Assembly: GCF_001194135.2 (NCBI RefSeq)
Contig: NC_069006.1
Span: 2,414,030-2,452,624 of the forward strand
Direction of reading: 5' to 3'
Source of the DNA: Octopus bimaculoides
Taxonomy: Eukaryota
DNA: 38,595 bases
Below, in pieces: positions 1-38,595 of this stretch. The notes beneath the pieces are model-generated. The model saw only the letters and a program-made list of their open reading frames with translations. It was not told the origin of the DNA and ran no database searches. How positions within the stretch are numbered: the stretch's first letter is position 1; each line of letters begins with the position of its first letter. The position numbers and the translations under genes were made by a program.

Positions 1-367
1 GATTCCACGCAAAATAATTTGAGGGTTTTTTTTTCTTTTTCTTAATGAAAATCGTGCGGGTAAAAGATCAATGGGGGTGAGGGGTGAAATTTCCGATGCT
101 TCCATCTCACCCTCCACCCCCGTTTTTCGGACCCCAAAAAGGGTTTTGTAGCATATTAGGTCACAGAAATTCATTCAACGGAAAAAAAAATCCAATGATT
201 CCAGGAGAGGGTGGCGCACCCCGCTCGCCCTAACTTTTTTTCTGAACCAAAATAAGGGATTTGCAGTATATTAGGAGGTCAGGGTACTTGATTCCACGCA
301 AAATAATTTGAGGGTTTTTTTTTCTTTTTCTTAATGAAAATCGTGCGGGTGTTAATACAGAAATTTA
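1..367. repeat. End of a repeat element with a 61-bp direct repeat (1-61 = 290-350) and a terminus related to the 8857-9012 element
   Basis: tgaaaatcgtgcgggtgttaat is shared with 8973-8994. Confidence 0.7.
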
Positions 368-1072
368 GCAAAATAAGATATGCTTGAGTGCAACATTTGA
401 CAGTTTAACTCTCTCCGAGTGACAATTTGTGATGTTCCGCTTTCCATGTGTTACCATTCATTCATTCATTCATTCGCTCATTCATTCGTTCATTCATTCG
501 TTCATTCATTCATCCATACAGACATACAAACGTAAACTTTCCAAAAGTTTATCATTCAAGTTTAAATGAGCATGTCTAGAGAAGTAACTAATAGGCATTA
601 CTATACGTTCATACATACAAAAATACCCTGTTGATGTTGAAATTCTAATGAAGGAGCCTTGAATCTAGGTTAGAAACTGACTCTTCCTCTACTGGCAAGA
701 AATCTTGGTCAATATACAGGACTTAAACTGTATAGTTACCCAAAACTTGAAATGAAACTGAATAATGACATGTGTGTATGCATACACACCTACATACATA
801 CATACACACACACAGCATTCTTGGAACGGAGTATCCTAATATGGTCGTAACATAAAATTAACGTGAATAAAATTACATATTCGTAGAAACACAGGACAGA
901 GACTGATAGCGAGAGAGAGAGAGAGAGAGATGGGGGAAAGAGAGATTGATAAATAGGGATAAAGTGAGGAAGAATTGAAGAAATATCGTCACAGTATTGT
1001 TTAATATAAAGAGAGTGACGGCAGTTGTGATAAAGGCAATACACACACACACAAACAAATACACACACACAC

Positions 1073-1160
1073 ACGACGGGCTTCTTTCAGCTTCCGTCTA
1101 CAAAATCCACTTACAAAACTTTGGTCGGCCTGAGGCTAAAGTAGAAGACACTTGCCTAAG
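1073..1160 (-). mobile_element. Partial SINE family D
   Basis: cgacgggcttctttcagcttccgtctacaaaatccacttacaaaactttggtcggcc..gaagacacttgcctaag. Confidence 0.6.
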
Positions 1161-1991
1161 TTGCATTTAAAATTATTAGTCAGAGTTTTTTTTAAAACCA
1201 NNNNNNNNNNNNNNNNNNNNNNNNNNNNNNNNNNNNNNNNNNNNNNNNNNNNNNNNNNNNNNNNNNNNNNNNNNNNNNNNNNNNNNNNNNNNNNNNNNNN
1301 NNNNNNNNNNNNNNNNNNNNNNNNNNNNNNNNNNNNNNNNNNNNNNNNNNNNNNNNNNNNNNNNNNNNNNNNNNNNNNNNNNNNNNNNNNNNNNNNNNNN
1401 NNNNNNNNNNNNNNNNNNNNNNNNNNNNNNNNNNNNNNNNNNNNNNNNNNNNNNNNNNNNNNNNNNNNNNNNNNNNNNNNNNNNNNNNNNNNNNNNNNNN
1501 NNNNNNNNNNNNNNNNNNNNNNNNNNNNNNNNNNNNNNNNNNNNNNNNNNNNNNNNNNNNNNNNNNNNNNNNNNNNNNNNNNNNNNNNNNNNNNNNNNNN
1601 NNNNNNNNNNNNNNNNNNNNNNNNNNNNNNNNNNNNNNNNNNNNNNNNNNNNNNNNNNNNNNNNNNNNNNNNNNNNNNNNNNNNNNNNNNNNNNNNNNNN
1701 NNNNNNNNNNNNNNNNNNNNNNNNNNNNNNNNNNNNNNNNNNNNNNNNNNNNNNNNNNNNNNNNNNNNNNNNNNNNNNNNNNNNNNNNNNNNNNNNNNNN
1801 NNNNNNNNNNNNNNNNNNNNNNNNNNNNNNNNNNNNNNNNNNNNNNNNNNNNNNNNNNNNNNNNNNNNNNNNNNNNNNNNNNNNNNNNNNNNNNNNNNNN
1901 NNNNNNNNNNNNNNNNNNNNNNNNNNNNNNNNNNNNNNNNNNNNNNNNNNNNNNNNNNNNNNNNNNNNNNNNNNNNNNNNNNNNNNNNNNN

Positions 1992-2400
1992 NTACCCGTC
2001 TGATAAGGGTACACCAGGCACATGCATCACAGTCATGTGCGCGACATGGTGATCTCATATCAAGATAAACAGCGCATGACCTTGCAGGTGGGGCCCAGTT
2101 AGAATTTTCTTCAGGCCAAGTAGCCCAGCCTGCTCAAAAGGTCCCTGAATAAGGTTTGTTTAAGGATGTTGAGCAAAACACCCATGTTTCCAAAGGTGAA
2201 TTATTCAAACCCCAAAGAATTCCTCTCAACACATGGCTATGATGTTCCCCCACTACTTCTGCTCGTGATCAGAGATGCACATATCGTCAGCCACCAAGGG
2301 ACATGCTTAACCAGTTAAGGTCAATCAACTGACAAGCAAATCTGTGGTATTGAGCAGAATATTTACTGTAGCCCATCTTTTGTATCAAGACAAAACAATG
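1992..2400. repeat. Probable interspersed repeat, class unassigned
   Basis: Higher GC than its flanks and recalled as a recurrent octopus repeat. There is no second copy in this window to confirm it. Confidence 0.35.
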
Positions 2401-3376
2401 TACCATGAGAGCCACTGCCTAGTAAGGCATCAGCCACATCTGATATACATTTAACTATTTTTAAAACCTGAGACAAATACACACTATGTAATATAGAGAG
2501 AAAGACTGAAGTAGGTTGAATGGATAGAGTTTCAAATGTTAACTGATTTTACAAAGCTGCGAAAATGAACATTTTAGTCTGTGGTTGCATCTTATAACTT
2601 TTTCAGTGTACCTGTTCACCAGTTTAGCTTCACTCCTTAAAATGCATAGGACTTCCTTGGAACAGAGGTTGCAAGATCTGAGAATTTATTATACAGATAA
2701 GCACTTTATAGTATTCATCATGTGATGTTGTATTGAACTCAATTTTCCTTAATTCCACAGACTAGGCATGTGAATGATGTGCAATGCCTCTTATTAATGA
2801 TTTTAAATGAAGCAATATGGCTTCAATATCAATTACATATATATATATATATATATACATACANNNNNNNNNNTCAAACTATCTGACCCATGCCAGCATG
2901 GAAGGTGGGCATTAAATGATGATGATGATGTATATAACGAGGTCAGGCCAAGGAATGGTATTCTGAATACATTTAATACATGATTCAAATAATTTAGCAT
3001 CGGATAAAAGGGAATTTCATGTCTTGTGCAAAATGCACCATTATCTGAGATATCAAATGCATTCAAAATATGTACACTCGGTTTCAATTCGTTATTATAT
3101 ATTATACAACTCAATGCCTGTCCTAACTCCTCTAGGAGATTGATAAAATAAGTACCGTTAAATGCTGGGGTCGATGTAATTGACTTACCCAACCCCCAAA
3201 ATTGCTGGCCTTATGCCAAAGTTTGAGACCAATATTAAATATATGTGCGTATATGCTGCATATTTTGTAACGTTGTGTGAGGCGTGTTTCATACTGTATA
3301 TTCGAGCACTTGTGGCTAATGATAAAAACCACAACATTGTTATTATTATTGGATGTATTTATCTTCTATATATTAG

Positions 3377-32324
<28,948 letters not shown>

Positions 32325-32473
32325 ATAGCTCAAAGTACATCGAAATCAAATCATACCTGTAAAGTTATCTCTGAATCAGTGAATGAATCCAGAAATGTTA
32401 AATGTAACAAATGTAAAATAGAAAGTATTTATGAATTATTGTGTCAATATAATATGTATATACAGATATTTAT

Positions 32474-32483
32474 AATAAATAAA
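32474..32483 (+). terminator. Candidate polyadenylation signal (two overlapping AATAAA)
   Basis: AATAAATAAA 150 bp after the P450 stop. The context is AT-rich, so chance occurrence is possible. Confidence 0.5.
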
Positions 32484-32684
32484 TTTTCATTTATCATTGT
32501 ACCATCGTCTTTTTCTGATTAAATATTTATCAAACTTTACAATCTAATTCTGTATTTGCCTGATCAAGCAGTGATGTACCTGCAGTTGAGTTTCCAAAGG
32601 TGTTTACATACACACATACATACATACTCACATGCAGACATACATACATTCATACATACATACACAAACACACTTGTACATATA

Positions 32685-33400
32685 TGAGGTGCATTCCTGA
32701 AGTTTTAAGACTTTTTCAAGGGTGGCGTTTATTCATTTCAAAGAATTACAAAACTCCTTCAAAGTAGCAGATAATGACTTCAATGCACGCCAGCTCTTTC
32801 ATGAAGGTCTCATGTAAATTCTTCAAAGTGAAGATGTCCAAGACCTCAATGTCCTTAAAATGGCTGACCCTGAGGTTTTCCTTCATCTTGGATAACAACC
32901 AAAGGCCACACAGAGCAAGGTCTGGATTGTAGGAAGGGTGTGAGACAGTTTTGATGCCCATCTTTGTCAAGTCGTTCATCATCAGGATAGAGTTGTGGAC
33001 AGGTACATTGACCGGAGTAGAAGAGCTCTAGCCTTTTGAGATGAAATCTCTTCCTGAACTCACTCAAAACCTCCACAAAATACTCTTTGTTGACCATCTA
33101 ACCAGGAAGAACCCAACAGATGTAGATGATACCCTTTCTATTGAAAAGATGGGGATCATCATGGACTTCCAACAGCCTTCTTGTCTCTGGGGGAGCCAGG
33201 ATGCTTCCATTGGGCACTCTGTCTCTTGGCCTCTGGAGCATAACAGTAGATACAGTTCTAATCACAAGTCATCAGAGACTCTCGTACTCTTGGACTGGCA
33301 GTAACAATTTCAATCAGCTCCCTGTTGTCACCGATGCATCTTTTCATCTGTTCATCATTGAGCACCCTGTGAAACAAACTTTGTCCAGGTTCAGGCCTTC
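32685..33400 (-). mobile_element. mariner (DD34D-type) transposase relic with one terminus
   Basis: LMTCD..IYCYAPEAKRQSAQWKHPGSPR..MVNKEYFVEVL..HPSYNPDLALCGLWL..KMKENLR..YFEG; TA-flanked end at 32683-32715. Confidence 0.85.
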
Positions 33401-33403
33401 ATG

Positions 33404-34178
33404 AATAATTCTACACAGTTTAGTAGGGTCAGTTGGGCACTGTCTTTGAGAAATTTGGAAATTGGAAACGACAAGCTGTACTACTTGGCATTCATGCCTG
33501 AAGCTCCAGTATGAACATTTCAGAGCGTTTGGGTGTCAATCTGAGGACATGTACCAAGAGTGATAAAAATAGAACTTCCAGGCAACATCATTGGTGTTTG
33601 GAGTGGTCACTAGTGATGGCGATGTTACGCCTCCATTCATCTTCATATCAGCCTCAGACTCAACACGGAGACCTACATCAAATGCCTGGAGGAGGTAATG
33701 CTGCCCTTGGTCAATAGGGTAGCTACTTGAAGACCCTGTCTGGCAACAGCACTCTGCACTATGCCACACAAGCAGGAGAACCCAATCATGGATGTATGTC
33801 AGACAATTTCTGCATCCACATCACTCCTATCTGGCCATCTAACTTTCCAGACTGCAACTCTCTTGATTATTATGTGTGGGGCACAGTTGAGTAAGAGACC
33901 AACAAAACTCCTTGTAACACACCAACGATGATCTGAAAGCAAGGATTACAGCAGCATTCGCCAACTTAAACAAGGAGACCATCCAGAAGAGTTGCAGGAG
34001 ATTTTGAGGTCGTCTAGAGGCTGTGGATGAAGCCAATGGTGATTTTATTGAATAAATTTACTCTTTAGAATTTCAAGATATTTTTATGTAATTTTGGTAA
34101 ATATATCTGTTATAATGAGACGTCAGTGTTATTTTCATGTTTGCATAATTTAGACGGCAGTTTATTCACCACACCTTG
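33404..34178 (+). mobile_element. maT (DD37D) Tc1/mariner relic with internal deletion
   Basis: GVVTSDGDVTPPFIF..LRLNTETYIKCLEEVMLP..VWQQ(D)SA..HTSRRTQSW..WP.NFPDCNSLDYYVWG..DLKARITAAFANLNKETIQKSCRRF..ANGDFIE*, read through frameshifts. Confidence 0.85.
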
Positions 34179-34269
34179 TACACATACATACATACATACA
34201 TACATACATTTACATATATATGAATATATACATGTATATATATATGTGTGTGTATGTGTGTGTGTGTGG

Positions 34270-36290
34270 TTGCAAGGTCACCAGGCTGAGGGCTGGTAGT
34301 GAGGATGAGCTTTCACTGCCTAAAAATGCTCCTTGTGACATGCGTCTCAAATAAACTGGCAACCAAGTGCAAACTCCTGGCCTCCTCGTTTGGTTTGAGA
34401 TATAAGCACGGTGGAACTATCCCTATTGGTAAGAGAAGGGGTGCAGGCGGTTTCTGGCGCCTTGAAACAATGGATCTGGGTTGATGGAACTCACCAGCCT
34501 AGAAGTGGAGTCCATCTAATAGAAGGCAAACTCTGACTTTAATCCTCCGCTGCCTTGCGCCTATACTAACTTAAGGGAAAGGCTTCAGGAGTAAACCCCG
34601 AGGATAAATCCGGAGCCAGAGCCCCAAAGGCAGTTTGATGCTACATCCACCTCCTACAGGCCCACTGGTGCCAAGTCATATTGGCCGCTGCCCTTCCGTT
34701 GGACAACACTGATGGCAGTAAATAGGGGAGACATGCTGCGTGAGCAACTGCCGATCTCCCATAAAACCCTGTCCATTCCTACGCCTTGGATAGGACACTG
34801 CAGCGGCAAAACGTAGAAAGCAGCAGTCTACCGGTTATAAGCTTGTATATGATTGGTGTAAGAGTAAGGCGCCAGGGTCTGCTTTCAGCAGAGAGAAAGG
34901 CCATTGTGCCTCATTGGACGATTACCTTCCGCTTTAAGCTGAAATCTCCAAGTGCTGTTCAATTACAGCCCACCTGCTCCACTGGGTGCGTAGGGCTTAG
35001 AGATATTGATATCCTGAAACGTGGACTGTAAACACTGCACCAAGAAAAATAATAAACAGACAAGCAAACAAACGATGTGAGAAACCAGCATTCAGAATTG
35101 GATGTTTGAAATTGAGGTCCATGACATGTCACAGGATCTTCAAAAGATCAGTGACACGCGCTAGACAGCAGTGATAAACAACGGACTGCTACGACTTTGA
35201 GTGAACATTGAAGCACTCCAGGAAACACGACTCCCAGATTCAGGGACCCTTCGTGGAAGAGCGTATACCTTTTTCTGACAAGGGAAAGGTAAGATGAACC
35301 CAGAGAACATGGTGTCGGATTCGCTGGGCGGGACTTACTGCTGAAGTTGATGGAACTGATCTGGAGCGGATTCTCTCGCTCTGGTTGCACACTTCAGAGG
35401 GTCCCTGTCCCACTATTCCACTCAAGACGATAATCTCTCTGAGAAATTACAGGCGATCCCTAATAGAGTAATAGAGAACAGCTACTGCCACTTGGCCGAT
35501 TACGACTCCTAGATAGGATGTATGGGACGGTTCGGGGTCGGCAACATGAAATAAAATCGGCGACGGCTGTTTGAGCTCTGTAAGCTCCATGGATTGTGTC
35601 ACCAACACCTATTTCCGGGCCAAAGTTCGACACTGGGTTTACGGGTATCATCCTCGCTCATCCTTACAAAATGCAACCACCTGAGAAATGTGCTCCCAAC
35701 TAGATCCTTTCAGAGCGCTGACTGTGACACAGATCACTTCCTGGCTTGCTGCAACTTCAAAATCCAACTAAAAACGATGCACTGTTCCAAGCCCCTAGGT
35801 AAGAAGCGTATCAGTGCTACTGCAACCCAGCAGACAGCTAAGGTGGCTGCATTCCTCAAGTCACCGGAAGACACCCTCCTTACAAACCTACAAGAAGTTA
35901 ATATTCAGCAAAGATAGGACTCTCTCAGGGACACCATCCATAGCAGAGCATTGAGTGTCTTTGGGAGGAGGCAGATAATACCACAGGACTAGTTTGAGGC
36001 AAGCATGAATGAGCTCAATGAGCCCGTGGAGGAGAAGCTCGTTGTCCTGTTGAAGTACAAACACCAATCCACCAGGGCAACATTGTAAGCATTGAGATCA
36101 ACGAGGAACAAAACACAGAAGACAACGAGTCGCTATGCAAGTGATTACTGGTTACAACTATGTGAAGGCATCTAGCTGTCATTTAACACAGGTAACATTT
36201 GATGAATGTATGATAGCATTAAGAAAGCCGTTGGCCTAATCCAGAGTTCTACTCGGCCACATACTCAGTTCATCTACTGACAAAGGTCTA
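34270..36290 (+). mobile_element. RTE (BovB-like) LINE 5' portion: UTR, AP endonuclease and linker, heavily decayed; RT not seen
   Basis: ALQETRLPDSGTL..YTFF*QGK..EHGVGFA..GSERILSL.LHTSEG..TNTYF..TRSFQSADCDTDHFL..SIKKAVG. Boundaries are approximate. Confidence 0.82.
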
Positions 36291-36299
36291 CAAAAACTG

Positions 36300-36897
36300 A
36301 AACAGCGAATTAGGAACAGGGAATTAGTGTGCCTCCCTACGGACAAGTCTGGCAGACTGCCAATAGACAGCCCACAGAACTATGTCCAGACCATGCAACA
36401 ACACATCAGTAGCATGAGAGAAGTTGCACTTCAGGAACATGGAAGAGTGGAAAAACTCCTCAGTGCACATATGGGAATGTGGTGCAACATACCCCAACCT
36501 ATAAAAAGGACGGGACACAATTTCCAAGCATCCAACACTATACGGGTTACGCAAAGACCACAAACCCTACATAAACCCTGTCATGTGGCCCCGCAACCAG
36601 ACCAGTTAGCGGCGTGAATATCTTCAGCAACTATAGACTGTCCTACTTCCTCTCACAGGTATTACGATCTCTCATAAAGACGTCTCCAGATGTCTGTGTG
36701 AGCACGGAAGATCTCCTCAGTAAAATCAGTACTTGCAACCACTCCAACGACCTCACAGGTTGTGTAGTATGGATGTGATTTCACTCTACCCATCTATAGA
36801 CATAGATTTTGCTGTGGAGAAATGCATTCAGGTAATCCGTGAGAGTGAAGTGGAGTTCCGTAAGGTCAACACGAGGGAACTGGGCCTCCTCCTCAGA
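36300..36897 (+). mobile_element. Penelope-like element reverse transcriptase fragment (runs into gap)
   Basis: LVCLPTDKSG, LYGLRKDHKP..RPV, YRLSYFLSQVL and CSMDVISLYPSID are characteristic PLE RT motifs. Confidence 0.85.
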
Positions 36898-38017
36898 NNN
36901 NNNNNNNNNNNNNNNNNNNNNNNNNNNNNNNNNNNNNNNNNNNNNNNNNNNNNNNNNNNNNNNNNNNNNNNNNNNNNNNNNNNNNNNNNNNNNNNNNNNN
37001 NNNNNNNNNNNNNNNNNNNNNNNNNNNNNNNNNNNNNNNNNNNNNNNNNNNNNNNNNNNNNNNNNNNNNNNNNNNNNNNNNNNNNNNNNNNNNNNNNNNN
37101 NNNNNNNNNNNNNNNNNNNNNNNNNNNNNNNNNNNNNNNNNNNNNNNNNNNNNNNNNNNNNNNNNNNNNNNNNNNNNNNNNNNNNNNNNNNNNNNNNNNN
37201 NNNNNNNNNNNNNNNNNNNNNNNNNNNNNNNNNNNNNNNNNNNNNNNNNNNNNNNNNNNNNNNNNNNNNNNNNNNNNNNNNNNNNNNNNNNNNNNNNNNN
37301 NNNNNNNNNNNNNNNNNNNNNNNNNNNNNNNNNNNNNNNNNNNNNNNNNNNNNNNNNNNNNNNNNNNNNNNNNNNNNNNNNNNNNNNNNNNNNNNNNNNN
37401 NNNNNNNNNNNNNNNNNNNNNNNNNNNNNNNNNNNNNNNNNNNNNNNNNNNNNNNNNNNNNNNNNNNNNNNNNNNNNNNNNNNNNNNNNNNNNNNNNNNN
37501 NNNNNNNNNNNNNNNNNNNNNNNNNNNNNNNNNNNNNNNNNNNNNNNNNNNNNNNNNNNNNNNNNNNNNNNNNNNNNNNNNNNNNNNNNNNNNNNNNNNN
37601 NNNNNNNNNNNNNNNNNNNNNNNNNNNNNNNNNNNNNNNNNNNNNNNNNNNNNNNNNNNNNNNNNNNNNNNNNNNNNNNNNNNNNNNNNNNNNNNNNNNN
37701 NNNNNNNNNNNNNNNNNNNNNNNNNNNNNNNNNNNNNNNNNNNNNNNNNNNNNNNNNNNNNNNNNNNNNNNNNNNNNNNNNNNNNNNNNNNNNNNNNNNN
37801 NNNNNNNNNNNNNNNNNNNNNNNNNNNNNNNNNNNNNNNNNNNNNNNNNNNNNNNNNNNNNNNNAGAGGTTTAAAAATCGGAAACATTAATAAAAGACCT
37901 CATAGAAAACATTAATAAAAAGAGACATTACAATGCACTTTCTCTTCCTCTAAAACCCTTCCCTCCCTCCTTCCCACTGTCTTTATCGTGGATTCTTCAT
38001 CTTTTTCTCTCTTTCTG

Positions 38018-38230
38018 TTGATCCGATCAACGGAACAGCCTGCTCGTGAAATTAACGTGCAAGTGGCTGAGCACTCCACAGACGAACTTCTAGGGGAGTT
38101 CTGCGTGACACAGAGTGTGACAAGGCTGGCCCCTTTGAATTACAGGTACAACAGAAACAGGAAGAAAGAGTGAGAGAAAGTTGTGATGAAAGAATACAGC
38201 ACAGTTCACCACTACCCACTCCCGGAGCTT
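38018..38230 (-). mobile_element. Partial SINE family A with internal deletion
   Basis: gttgatccgatcaacggaacagcctgctcgtgaaattaacgtgcaagtggctgagcactccacagac is the reverse complement of the family A 3' half. Confidence 0.8.
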
Positions 38231-38399
38231 GTGTGTGTGTATACATGCTTGTGTATGTGTGTGACAGTTTGTGACTGGTATTAGAGTTCAGTGGTGTGTG
38301 TGTATGGGTCTGTGTATGTGTGCATTTTATGTTTAGTGTTTTATATATTGATCGCTAGCCACTATGATTGATCGTTAGTCATGACTGATTGCTAGCCAC

Positions 38400-38570
38400 T
38401 AAACCTTTTTCTAAAATTTTTTCTCTCTGTTTATTTCTGTATTCCTTTCTGTTGAAGAGCGTAGGCTCGAAACATAAAAGATTTTCTCACTTCTCGAGCG
38501 TTAAACTAATACACCTGTTTGTTGTTTACACACCCGTCTTCGTCTTTTGTTGTGTTTTGTTTTTGTAAAT
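38400..38570 (+). mobile_element. Probable Penelope-type terminal repeat segment
   Basis: tgaagagcgtaggctcgaaac motif followed by a T-rich tail resembles PLE pseudo-LTR ends; it lies downstream of the PLE RT. Confidence 0.45.
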
Positions 38571-38595
38571 TCCAACCACACACACACACACACAC

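Overview
AT-rich, repeat-dense eukaryotic genomic DNA with scaffold gaps. The repeat families look like those of an octopus genome (inference). One host gene is supported: a + strand CYP3-clan (CYP3A-like) cytochrome P450. I traced 12 of its coding exons by hand from 3377 to the stop at 32324, all with GT-AG sites, consistent phases and intact catalytic motifs (WxxxR, AGYETT, ExxR, PERF, FxxGxRxCxG). The exon equivalent to CYP3A4 exon 7 is not visible and probably lies in the 21166-22000 gap, and the start codon/first exon is unresolved. The introns and 3' flank hold at least four SINE families, RTE and Penelope-like retroelements, three kinds of Tc1/mariner relic (maT DD37D, mariner, rosa-like), a decayed Merlin/IS1016-type transposase split by a SINE, and several non-coding foldback elements. 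Two of the foldbacks have TTAGGG cores and one encloses a 78-bp minisatellite. Most ORFs in the supplied track are artefacts of N-runs, microsatellites or repeats. I found no convincing evidence of a new multi-gene system; the best leads are the Merlin relic, the foldback elements and the P450 gene structure.
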